Program-made: the position numbers and the translations under genes
From: Pristiophorus japonicus
Lineage: Eukaryota
Assembly: GCF_044704955.1 (NCBI RefSeq)
Contig: NW_027251165.1
Coordinates: 620,001 to 684,000, forward strand
Length of the DNA stretch: 64,000 nt
Direction of reading: 5' to 3'
The notes under the pieces: model-generated
What the model saw: only the letters and a program-made list of their open reading frames with translations
The model's database searches: none
Told to the model about the DNA's origin: nothing
Part shown: positions 35,793-47,800 of the stretch, piece after piece
Layout: the number at the start of each line of letters is the position of its first letter
Numbering within the stretch: position 1 is the first letter of the stretch

Positions 35793-38700
35793 CTGTTCGA
35801 TTGGGGTCATGTTCGGTTCGATGGTGCGAGGTTCGGTTTCATTCGGGAGAGGTTTGGTGCGGTAGGGGAGGGGTTTGGTTGGGGATGGATTCGGTGCGGT
35901 TGGGGCCAAGTTCACTTAGGTTGACGCCGGTGTGGTTCGTTTGGGGCCATGTTCAGTTCGGTTGGAGCAGGGTTCGATTGAGGCCGGGTTTGTTTCGGTT
36001 GGGGCCGGGTTTGTTTCAGTTGGGGCCTGGTTTGTTTCGTTTGCGGCAGGATGCGGTTGGGTTCGGGCCTGGTTCTGATCAGTTCGGGCCGTGTTCTGTT
36101 CGGTTATCGCCGGGTTCTGATGGGGAGGGGTTCGGTTGCGTCCGGTTCGGTTGGGGAGAGGTTCGGTTGCGGCTGGGTTCGGTTCGTTTGCTGTTGGGCC
36201 GGGTTCTGTTCAGCTGGGTTAGGGCCGGGTTATGTTCAGTTGGGGCAGGGTTCGATTCAGTTTGGTACGAGTTCGTTTTAGTTGGGTCCGGGTTCGGCAC
36301 GGTTGGGGCCGTCTTCGGTTCGGTTGGGGCCGGGTTCGTTTCGGTTGGGGCCGGGTTCGTTTCGGTTGAGGCCGTGTTCATTTCGGTTGGGGCCTGCTTC
36401 ACAACGTTTGGGGCCCAGTTCGGTTCGTTTGGGGCCAGGTTCGTTTCAGTTGGGACCGGGCTCGGTTCAGTTAGTTTGGGGATGGGTTCGGTTCGGTTCG
36501 GTTGGGGCTGGGTTCAGTTTGGTTGGGTCCGGGTTTTGTTCGGTTGGTCAGGGTATTCTTCGGTTGGGGCTGGGTTCTGGTCGGTTGGTGCCAGGCTCGG
36601 TTCTATTGGGGCCGGGATCGTTTCGTTTGGGCCGGGTTCGCTTCGTTTGGTGCTGGGATCCGTTCAGTTGAGGACATTTTCGGTTCTCTTGAGGCCGGGT
36701 TCGGTTTGGTTGCGGCCGGGTTCGGTTCGGTTGGGGCCGGATTAGGTCCGTTGGGGCCGCGATCGGTTCGATTGGAGACAGGTTGGGTACGCTGAGGAAA
36801 AGTTTGGTTCGGTTGGACTTGGTTCCGTTCGTTTGGATGCGGAGTTCTGTTCGGGCTGGGTTTGGTTCGATTGGGGCTGGGTTTGGTTTGGTTGGGGCCG
36901 GGTTCGGTTCAGTTCGGACAAGGTTTGGTTGCGGACGGTTTCGGTCCAGTTGGGTTCAGGATGGGGTTCGGTTCTGTTGCGGTCCGGTTCGGTTCGTTTC
37001 AGCATGTGCTGGGTTCGTTTAGCTTGGGGACGAGTTCAGTTGGGGCCGGGTTCAGTTCGGTTGTGGCAGGGTTCGGTTCGGTTCGGTTGGGGCCGGTTTC
37101 GGTTCGGTTGCTTCCGGGTTCTTTTCCGTTGGGGCCAGTTTCTGTTTGATTCAGTTGGGGATGGGTTCGTTGCAGTTCGGTTGGGGCCGGTTTCAGTTTG
37201 GTCGAGGCCGGATACGCTTCGATTAGGGAAAGTTCGTGTTCGGCTCAGTTGCCGCTGGGTTAGGTTCGATTCGGTTGGGGCCAGTTTCGGTTGGGGCCGG
37301 GTTCGGTTCGGGCCGTTTCGGTTCAGTTCGGGCCGGGTTCAGTTTGGTTCTTTGTGTTGGGGCCGGGTTCTGTGGGGGAAAGTTTCGGTTTGGTATTGTG
37401 GGGCCGAGTTCGTTTGGAGCCAGGTTTGGTTCAGTTCGGGATGGGTTCGGTTCGGTCGGGTTGAGGCCGGGTTTGGGTCGGTTGGGGCCGAGTTCGGTTG
37501 GGATTGGTTAGGTACGGTTGGTGCCAGGTTCGCTTCGTTTGGGATTGGTTCCGTTCGGTTGGAACCGGCTTCGGATTGGTTGCGGCCTTCTTTGTTTGGG
37601 GCCAGGTTTGGTTCAGTTGGGACATGGTTCGGTTCAATAGTGACCATGCTCGCTTCGGTTGTGGCCGGCTTCTGTTCGATTGGGGTGATGTTCGGTACGG
37701 TTGGAGCCAGGTTCCGTTTAGTTCGGGACGGGTTAGGTTCGGTTGGGTAGGCGTTCGGTTCGGCACGGCATCGGTTCGTTTGGGGTCGGGTTCTGTTCGG
37801 TTGGGGCCGGGTTCTGTTCGGTTGGGTCCGGGTTCGGTTCTGTTGGGGCCGGGTTCCTTTCGGTTGGGGCTGGTTTCGGTTCAGTTGGAACCGGCTTCGG
37901 TTCGGTTGGGACCGGGTTCGGTTCAATTGTGGTCGGATTCGGTACAGTTGGGGCCCGATTCGCTTCGGTTGGGGCCGGGTTCGTATCGATTGGGGAGGGA
38001 TTCGGTTGGGGCCGGCGTCGGTTCGGTTGGGGCTAGGTTTGGTTCGGTTGTTCGGGCTTGGTTCGCCTCGGTTCGGCTGGGGCCCGCTATAGTAAATTTG
38101 TGACAGGGTTCGGTTCGGTTGAGGCCAGTTTCAGTTGGGACCGGGTTCGGAGTTGGCCGGGTTCGGTTCAGTTGCGGCCGGGTATGATTCGGTTGGGGCA
38201 ATTTCGGTTGAGTTCGTGACAGGTTCATTTCAATTCGTTGGCTTGCGGCCGTGTTCTGCTGGTAAAGTGTTGCTTCGGTATTGTAGGTGCCGGGTTCGGT
38301 TGGGGCCGATCACCGTTCAGTTGGGGATGGTTTCGGTTCGTTTGGTTTGAGTCCGGGTTCTATTCGGTTCGGGCCATATTCGTTTTGGGCCGAGTACTTT
38401 TGGGTCCGGGTTCAGTTGGGGACGGGTTCATTCCGGACTGGTTCAGTTCGGTTCGGCCCGAGTTCGATTCTGTTGGGTTGGGGCCGGGTTCGGTTCTGTT
38501 AGTGACGGGTTCTGTTCGGTTGGGTCCGGGTTCGGTTGGGGACGAGTTCGGTACAGTTGGTATGTGGCCGGGTATAGTCCAGTTGGGGTCCGGTTCGGTT
38601 GGGTTGGGGACCTGGTTCGGTTCGGTTTGGGCTGGGATTCGTTCGGTTGATGCAGGGTTAGGTTCGCTTGGGGACGAGTTCAGTTTGTTTGGTGCCCGTT

Positions 38701-41316
38701 TCACTTTTGTCGGTGCCGGGATCGGTTCTGCTAGGGAACTGGTTCGTTTCGGTTGGGGCCAGGTTCGGTTTACTTCGGGCCGGGTTCGGTTCGGTTGGGG
38801 TCGGGCTCGGTTAGGTTGGGGCTGGATTCGCTTCGATTGGGGCCGTGTTCGGTTCGTTTCGGGAGTGGTTCGATTGGGGCTCCCTTCAGTTCAGTTGGGG
38901 ACAGTTTCTTATGGTTCAGTTCGGGCTGGATTCGGTTCAGTACGGGACGGGTGCAGTTCGGTTCTTTGGGTTGAGGCCGGAATCGGTTCTGTTCTGTCAG
39001 GATTCCGTTCGGCTGGGTACGATTTCTGTTTGGTTGGGGCCATTTCCAGTTTGGTGGGGGCCGGTTTCGATTCGGTTATGGCCGGGTTCGGTTCGGTCGG
39101 GGCATGGTTCGTTTAGGTTGTGTTCGGGTTCGGTTTGGTTGGGGCTCGAATCGCTACGGTTGGTGCCGGGTTCTTATTGTTTGGGGAGTGGTTCGGTTAG
39201 GGCCGGCGTCGGTTCGGTTGAGGCCAAATTTGTTTTGGTTGGGGCTGGCTTCGCTTCGGTTGGGTCCAGTACTGTTCGGTTCAGTTGGGGGTGGTCCGGC
39301 TCGGTTTGGTTGCGGCCCAGTTCGGAAATTTGGGGCTGGGTTCGGTTCGGTTGCGGCCAGTTTCGGTTGGGATCTTGTTCAGATCTGGCCGGGTTTGGTT
39401 CAGTTACGGCCGCGTTTGATCCGGTTGGGCAAGTTCCTTTGAGTTCTGGACTGGTTCAGTTCGCTTCGTTGGGTTGGGGCCTGGTTCTGTTGGTTAAAGT
39501 TTCGCTTCGGTATTGTTGGGGCCGGGTTCGGTTCGGCCGGGTTCGGTTCAGTTGGGAATGGCTTCGGTTCGTTTGGGTTGAGGCCGGATTCCATTCAGTT
39601 GGGGCCGGGTTCGGATGGGGCCGAGTTCTTTTGGGGGCCGGGGTCCGTTGGGGACGGGTTTGTTGCGGACGGATTCGGTTCGGTTGGGCCCGGGTTCGGT
39701 TCCCTTCGGTTGGGGCTGGGTTCGGTTGGTGCCAGGTTCGGTTCGGTTGGGTCTTTCTTTGGTTCAGTTGGGGCGGGTTTTTTTGGGGTTGGGTTCGGTA
39801 CGGTTGCTTCCAGTTTCAGTTCAGTTCCAGACGGGATCGGTTCGGTTGGGGGTGGGTTCAGTTCGGGCCGGATTCGTTGGGGACGGGTGCGGTACCGTTC
39901 GGTTGCTCCTGGTTTCGGTTCGTTCTGTTGAGGGCAGATTCGGTTCTGTTGGGGCTGGAATTGGTTCGTTTTGGGCCAGGTTCGGTTGTGAGTTTGATCG
40001 GTATGGTTGTTGCCAGATTCGGTTCAGTTTGGAATTGGTTCGGTTCGGTTGGATCCGGCTTCGGTTTGGTTGCGGCCGTTTTTGGTTGGGGCCAGGTTCT
40101 ATTCAGTTGGGGCCTGGTTTGGTTCAGTTGCGACCATGTTCGATTCGTTTGGGGCCGGGTTCTGTTCAATTGTGGTCGTGATCGGTACGGTTGTTGCCAG
40201 GTTCCGTTTAGTTCAGGACGGGTTTAGTTCGGTCGTGGAAGGGTTCTGTTGGGGATGGATTCGCTTCGTTTGGGGCCGGTTCCCTTCGTTTGCGAACGGG
40301 TTCGCTTCGGTTTGGGCCTGGTTCGTATCGGGTGGGGCCGGGTTTTGTTCGGTTGTGGGCAGATTCGGTTCAGTTGGAGAGAGGTTCGGTTGCCACTCTG
40401 TTCGGTTCGGTTGGGGCTGGGTTCGTTTGGGACTGGGTTCGTTTCAGTTTGGTTGTTGACAGGTTCGGTTCGGTTGGGGCCGCGTTCGGTTGGGGATGGG
40501 TTCCGTTCGGTTGGGTGGGGGTTCGGTTCTGGACGGCTTCGGTTCGTTTGTGGCCGCATTCTGTTCGTTTTCGGCCGGGCTCTGTTCGGTTGGGGCCGGT
40601 TCGGTGCGGTCGGGGCCGGGTTCGTTTTGGTTCGGGCCGGGTTCGTTTCGTTTGGGTCCAAGTTCGTTTCGGTTGGGGTGGGGTTCGGTTGGGGCCAGTT
40701 TAGTTTCGGTTCGCGAGAGGTTCGTTTGGGTTTGGATTCGGTTCGATTGGGTCTGGGTTCGGTTGGGACTGGGTTCGATTCAGTTGGGGTGGGGACTGGT
40801 TCGGTTCAGTTGGGGCCGGGTTCGGTTCGTTTGTGTCCGGGTTCGCTTGGCGACCAGATCGCTACAGTTGATTTGGGGCCGGGCTTGGTCAAGTTGGGTC
40901 CCGGTTCGGTTTGGTTGGGGCCAGTTTCTATTCGGATCAGTTGTGGGCGTGTTGGTACAGTTCGGTTGAGGCCGCGTTCAGTTTGGTCAGGGCTGGCTTC
41001 GCTTCGGTTGGGGCCAGTATCTGTCCGGCTCATTTGTGGCTGGGGTGGTTCGGTTCGGTTGGGGCTGGGATCGTTGCATTTGGGGCTTGGTCCGGTTCGT
41101 TTGGGGTCAGTTTCGGTTGGGGCCGGGTTTGGTGCCAGCCGGATTCGGTTCCGTTCGGTATGGGTTCAGTTCGGTTAGTTCGGTTAGGGCCGTGTTCTGT
41201 GGGGGAAATTTCGGTTCGGTATTGTTGGGGCCGGGTTCGGTTGGCGCCAGGTTCGGTTCGGTTTGCTATGGGTTTGGTTCGGTTGGGTTGAGGCCTGGTT
41301 TAGGTTACGGTGGAGC
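35793..41316 (+). repeat. Satellite 1, block C
   Basis: Same pentamer satellite. Confidence 0.95.
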
Positions 41317-41896
41317 TGAGAATGTGAAAAAGGTTTGCGAAAGTGGTAGATGGCTAGAGAAGGTAGCAAAAGGATGGAGATAGGGTATCATGGGAAAATG
41401 GCTAAAAGAAAATGTCAAGCTGAGATATTTGCAATGTCGACACAAAAAGGGGTTATTCAGAGTTGTGGTCAAACAGGAGTTACGCGAAAAGCAAAGACAG
41501 ACATGAGTCACCCGAGGGGCTGCTATATCCAGCCATGAAATAGGGAAATGCTATGAAAATCGAAACAATAAACACATCCCTGGAGCCCGCCCTATTTGGA
41601 GTGTTGTTCGTCTGCAATTGGGTGTGCTATGGTGGAAATCGACCAATGATTGTATAAACTGAGAGTCACTCAAATGTGTTCTGCTGTAACAATGTTTAAG
41701 TGTTGTGCTTTTGGACTGTTACGGGACTTGTCAGGAGAGAGGAGGACTGGCTCGAACCGAGAGTGTTCCCTTTATCCTAACAGGTCCCGGCCGGAGAATC
41801 TACAGAATAATGGTCTTATGTTGCTAAGACTAAAAGTGTTGATGTGTCAGTTAATTCGCTGAAACAGATTGAAGGGAAAAGAATCCAGTATCAACA
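41317..41896 (+). mobile_element. Probable solo LTR (580 bp) of a family different from the 54426-60638 element
   Basis: Non-repetitive island that starts TG and ends CAACA; flanked by GAGC (41313-41316) and GGGC (41897-41900), a 4-bp TSD with one mismatch; CCAAT at 41643 then TATAAA at 41653; the satellite resumes in register on both sides. Orientation is tentative. Confidence 0.6.
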
Positions 41897-44800
41897 GGGC
41901 CAGGTTCGTTTCGGATGGGGATGGGTTTGGTTCGTGTGGGGCCAGGTTTTTATTGATTGCGGCCGTCTTTCGTTGGGGACGGGTTCGATACAGTTGGGAC
42001 CGGTTCAGTTGCGACCGTGTTCGCTTCAGTTCGGGCCGGGTTCTGTTCGATTGAGGTCATGTCCGGTACGGTTGATGCCAGGTTCAGTTTGGTTCGGGAC
42101 GGCATCAGTTCAGTTGGGGAGTGGTTCGGTTGGGGACTGAATTCGTTCATTTCGGGATGGGTTCGGTTCGGTTGGCTTGAGGCCGTGTTCGGTTAGGTAG
42201 GGGGTGGGTTTGGTTCGGTTGGGGCCGGGTTCGGTTTGGTTGCGGCTGTCTTTGGTTCGGGGCGGGTTCGATTCTGTTGGGGCCGGTTCAGTTGCGACCA
42301 TGTTCCCTTCGGTTCGGGCCGGGTTATTTTCGATTGAGGTCATGTCCGGTGCGGCTGATGCCAGGTTCGGTTTGGTTCGGGACGGTTTCGGTTCAGTTAG
42401 GGAGGAATTTTGTTGGGTACTGATTCGGTTCAGTTCGGGATGGGTTCGGTTCGGTTTGGTTAAAGCTGGGTTTGGTTCGGTTGCGGCCGTGTTTTGTTGG
42501 GTCCTTGTTCTGTTGGGGCCGGTTCAGTTGGGGACGGTTTCAATGTGGACGAGTTCGGTTCGGTTGGGACTGGATTCGGTTCGGTTCGGTTGGGGCTGCT
42601 TCGGTTAATTCGGTTGGGGCCAGATTCGGTTCAGTTGTGGCTGGGTTTGGTTCTGTTGGGGACGTTTTCGGTTGGGACTGGGTTTTGTATGGTTGGTGCC
42701 AGGTGCGGTTCAGATCGAGACGGGTACTTTTCGGTTGGGGCCGGGATTGGTTAGGTACGTGTTCGGTTCATTTGGTGTGGGGCCGGTTTCGGTTCAGTTC
42801 GGGGTGGGTTCGTTTCGCTTGGGGCCGGGTTCAGTACGGAAATAATTCGTTGGTGCCGGGTTCGATTTAATTGGGTCGGGTTCGTTTCGGTTGGAGCCTG
42901 GTTCGTTTAGAGCCAGTTTCGTTTGAGGCCGGGTTCGGTTTGGGCCGAGTTCAGTTCGGTTGGGGCAAGTTCGGTTCAGTTCGAGACTAGTTCGGTTCAG
43001 AAAAGTTCCTTCAGTTGTGGCCGCGTGCTGTTGGAGACGGTTTCAGTTCGGTTCGGTTCGGTTGGGGCCGGGTTTGGTTGGGGCCGGATTCGGTTCAGAT
43101 GTGTTCGGGACGGCTTCGGTTCGGTTCGGTTATGGCAGGGTCCGGTTCGGTTGTGAAATGGGTCGCTTCGGTTGAGGTTGGTTTTGGTTCGGTTCATGCC
43201 GGGATCATTTCGATTGAGCCAGGTTCGGTTGGGGAGGGGTTCGTTTAGGTTGGGGCCGGGTTTATTTGTGTTCGGTTGGAGCCTGTTTCGGTTCAGTTGG
43301 GGCAGGTTCCAGTTCGGTTGGTGCTGGGTTCGATTCGGTTGCAGCCGGGTTCGGTTCGGTTGGGGCAGGTTTCTGTTCGGTTGGGGCCGGATGAGGTTCG
43401 GGTGGGGCCGGGTTCAGTTCGTTTGGGGAGGGGTTCAGTAGGGGCCGGGATTGGTTCAGTTCGTTTCGCTTGAAGCCGGTTTTGGTTCGGTTCTCTCCAG
43501 GATCGGTTCGGTTGGGGCTGGCTTCCATTTGCTAGGGTCCGGGTTCGGTTTGATTGGTGTCGATGTCGGTTCGGTTGGGGCCCTGTTTGGTTCGTTTGGG
43601 GAGGGGTTCAGTTGCGGCCGGCTTCAGTGCGGTTGCGGCCAGATTTGGTTCGGTTGGGGCTGGCTTCGCTTCGGTATGAGGCCAGTTTCTGTTCGGTTCA
43701 GTTGGGGCTGGGTATGGTTCGGTTGGCTCGCGGTTCAGTAAATTTGGGGTTGGTTTCGGTTCGGGTGGGGCCAGTTTCGGTTGGTGTCGTGTTCGGTTCG
43801 GGCCTGGTTGAGATCAGTTGCGGACGAGTTTGGTTCGGTTGGGGCATGTTCGGTTCAGTTCAGGACCGTTTCAGTTCGTTTCGTTGGGTTGGGGCCGGGT
43901 TCTCTTGGCTAAAGTTTCGGATCGGTATTGTTGGGTGCGAGTTCGGTTTGGTTGGTGCGGTTTCGGTTCCATAGGGACGCGTTCGTTACGGTTGTGGCCG
44001 CGTTTTTTTCGGTTGGGGCCAGCCATGGTTGGGGCAAGTTCGTTTCTGTTCGGGACGGGTTCAGTTCGGTTCGTTTGGTTGGGGCTGGGCTCGCTTCGGT
44101 TGGGTCGGGTTCGGTTCGGTAGGGGCCGGGTTCAGTTCGGTTGAGGACGAGTTCGTTTTGGTTGGTGCTTGTTTGCATTCGGTTAGGGGAAGGTTTCGGT
44201 TCGGTTGGGGACGTATTCGCTTCGTTTGGCGTCGTGTTCTGTTCGGTTCGGACCGAGTTCGGATTGTTTGCGGCCAGATTCGATTGGGGCAAGTTTGGGT
44301 TCATTTGGGACCAGGTCCGGTTCGATTGTGGCCGGGATCGCTTCGGTTCGGGACGAGATCGTTTTAGATGGTGCCGGTTTCGGTTTGTTAGGGGCCGGAT
44401 TCGCTTCGGTTGGGGCCGGATTCGGTTCGGTTGGGGCAGGGTTCGGTTCCAGCCCGGTGAGGTCTGGGCCGAGTTCAGTTCGGTTGGGGGAAGTTCGGTT
44501 CAGTTCGGGAAAAATTCGCTTCGGAAAGTTTCATTCGGTTGTAGCGGGCTTCTGTTGGGGAAGGTTTAAGTTTGTTTCGGTTCGCTTTGGGCCGGGTTCG
44601 GTTGGGGCCGGATTCGGTTCGGTTGGCTTGGTGCCGGGATCGGTTCGGTTGGGGCCGAGTTTAGTTCATTTTGATCCGGTGTCAGTTCGTTTGGGAAGGG
44701 GAACAGCCGAGTTAGGTTTGGTTCGTTCCGGTTGGAGTCGGTTTTGCTTCGGTTCTGGCCAGGTTCCGTTCGGTTGGGGCCTTGTTCCATTCGTTTGGGG

Positions 44801-47800
44801 GGACCGGGTTCAGTTCGGTTGGGGATGGTTTCCATTCAGTTCTGTTGCGGCCGGGTTCGTTTCAGTTTGGGCCGGGTTCGGTTCGGGTGTGGCCAGGTTC
44901 AGTTCAGTTGGGGAGGGATTCGTTTCGGTTGGGGCAAGTATGTTTCGGTTGGGGCCGGGTTCAGTTGGGGCCGGTTTCGGTTCATTTGGTGCCGGGATCT
45001 GCTGGAACTGAGTTCGGTTCGCTTGGGGCTGGTTTCGGTTCGGTTGAGGACGGGTTTGGTTCTGTTGAGGCCTGGTTCGGTTCAGTTGGGAACGGGTTCG
45101 GTCCGTTTGGGTCCGGGTTCGGATCGGGTCGGGCCGGGTTTGGTTCGGTTGGGGCAGGTTCGGTTCGGTTGGGACGAGTTTAGTTCGTTTAAGGCAGTGT
45201 TCCATTCGTTTGTGGAGGGGTTAGGTTGGGGCCGGTTTCGGTTCTGTTGGGGCCGTGGTCGGTTCGGTGTGAGGCGGGTTCGGTTCGGTTGCGACCGCAT
45301 TCGGTTCCGTTGCGGCCGAGTTCGGTTCGGTTGAGGATGGTTTCGGTTGGAGATGGGTTTGGTTCCGTGGGGGCCAGGTATCTTTTTGTTAGGTTGGTTC
45401 CGTGTTCGGTTCGGTTGCGGCCGGGTTCGGTTCCCGCCGGATTCGTTTCCGTTCGGTCCGCGTTCAGTTCGGTTCGTTCGGTTGGGGCCGTGTTCTGTTG
45501 TGGAAAGTTTAGGTTCGATATTGTTGGGGCGGGATCGGTTGGAGCTGGGTTCGGTTCAGTTAGGTATGGGTTCGTTTAGGTTGGGTTGAGATCTGGTTTA
45601 GGTTCGGGTGGGTCCAGGTTCGTTTCGGTTGTGGCTGGGTTTATTTCGGTTGGGGCCGGGTTCAGTTCAGTTTCGGACGGGTTCGGTTCAGTTGCAACTG
45701 CGTTCGCTTCGGTTCGGGTCGGGTTCTGTTCGACTGGGGTCATGTTCAGTATGGTTGGTGCCAGGTTCGGTTTAATTTGGGATGCGTTCGGTTCAGTTGG
45801 GGAGGGTTTCGGTTGGGAACTGATTCGGTTCAGTTCGGGATGGGTTCGGTTCGGTTGGCTTGAGGCCGGGTTCGGTTCGGTTGGGGCCGGGTTCTTTTTG
45901 GGCCGGGTTCTATTGGGGCCGGGTTCTGTTGGGGCCAAGTTCGATTGGGGCCGGTTTCACTAGAGGACGGGTTCATTGCGGACTATTTCGGTTCGTTTGC
46001 TGCCGGGTTCGGTTCCAGCCGGATTCGTTTCCGTTCGGCCCGCGTTCAGTTCGGTTCTTTCGGTTGGGGCCGTGTTCTTTTGTGGAAAGTTTAGGTTCGA
46101 TATTGTTGGGGCATGGATCGGTTGGAGCCGGGTTCGGTTCAGTTAGGTATGGGTTCGTTTAGGTTGGGTTGAGATCTGGTTTAGGTTCGGGTGGGTCCAG
46201 GTTCGTTTCGGTTGTGGCTGGGTTTGTTTCGGTTGGGGCCGGGTTCGGTTCAGTTTCGGACGGGTTCGGTTCAGTTGCAACTGCGTTCGCTTCGGTTCGG
46301 GTCGGGTTCTGTTCGACTGGGGTCATGTTCAGTACGGTTGGTGCCAGGTTCGGTTTAATTTGGGATGCGTTCGGTTCAGTTGGGGAGGGTTTCGGTTGGG
46401 AACTGATTCGGTTCAGTTCGGGATGGGTTCGGTTCGGTTGGCTTGAGGTCGGGTTCGGTTCGGTTGGGGCCGGGTTCTTTTTGGGCCGGGATCTGTTGGG
46501 GCCGGGTTCTGCTGGGGCCGGGTTTTGTTGGGGCCAAGTTCGATTGGGGCCGGTTTCACTAGAGGACGGGTTCATTGCGGACTATTTCGGTTCGGTTGCG
46601 GCCTGTTTCGGTTCCAGCCGGATTCGTTTCCGTTCGGTCCGCGTTCAGTTCGGTTCGTTCGGTTCGGGCCGTGTTCTGTTGTGGAAAGTTTAGGTTCGAT
46701 ATTGTTGGGGCCGGGATCGGTTGGAGCTGGGTTCGGTTCAGTTAGGTATGGGTTCGTTTAGGTTGGGTTGAAGTCTGGTTTAGATTCGGGTGGGTCCAGT
46801 TTCGTTTCGGTTGTGGCTGGGTATTGTTTCGGTTGAGGCCGTGTTCGGTTCAGTTTCGTACGGGTTCGGTTCAGTTGCAACTGCGTTCGTTTCGATCGGG
46901 TCGGGTTCTGTTCGAGTGGGGTCAAGTTCAGTATGGTTGGTGCCAGGTTCGGTTTAATTTGGGATGCGTTTGGTTCAGTTGGGGAGAGTTTCGGTTGTGA
47001 ACTGATTCGGTTCAGTTCGGGATGGGTTCGGTTCGGTTGGCTTGAGGCCGGGTTCGGTTCGGTTGGGGCCGGGTTCTTTTTGGGCCGGGTTCTGTTGTGG
47101 CCGGGTTCTGCTGGGGCCAAGTTCGATTGGGTCCGGTTTCAATAGAGGACGGGTTCATTGCGGACTATTTCGGTTCGGTTGCGGCTGGGTTCGGTTCCAG
47201 CCGGATTCGTTTCCGTTCGGTCCGCATTCAGTTCGGTTCGTTCGGTTGGGGCCGTGTTCTGTTGTGGAAAGTTTAGGTTCGATATTGTTGGGGCCGGAAT
47301 CGTTTGGAATCGGGTTCGGTTCAGTTAGGTATGGGTTCGTTTAGGTTGGGTTGAGGTCTGGTTTAGGTTCGGGTGGGTCCAGGTTCGTTTCGGTTGTGGC
47401 TGGGTTTGTTTCGGTTGTGGCCGGGTTCGGTTCAGTTTCGGACGGGTTCGGTTCAGTTGCAACTGCGTTCGCTTCGGTTCGGGTCGGGTCGGGTTCTGTT
47501 CGACTGGGGTCATGTTCAGTATGGTTGGTGCCAGGTTCGGTTTAATTTGGGATGCGTTCGGTTCAGTTGGGGAGGGTTTCGGTTGGGAACTGATTCGGTT
47601 CAGTTCGGGATGGGTTCGGTTCGGTTGGCTTGAGGCCGGGTTCGGTTCGGTTTGGGCCGGGTTCTTTTTGGGCCTGGTTCAGTTGGGGCCGGGTTCCGTT
47701 GGGGCCAAGTTCGATTGGAGCCGGTTTCACTAGAGGACGGATTCATTGCGGACTATTTCGGTTCGGTTGTGACTGCTTCGGTTCGGTTCGGTTGGGGCTG

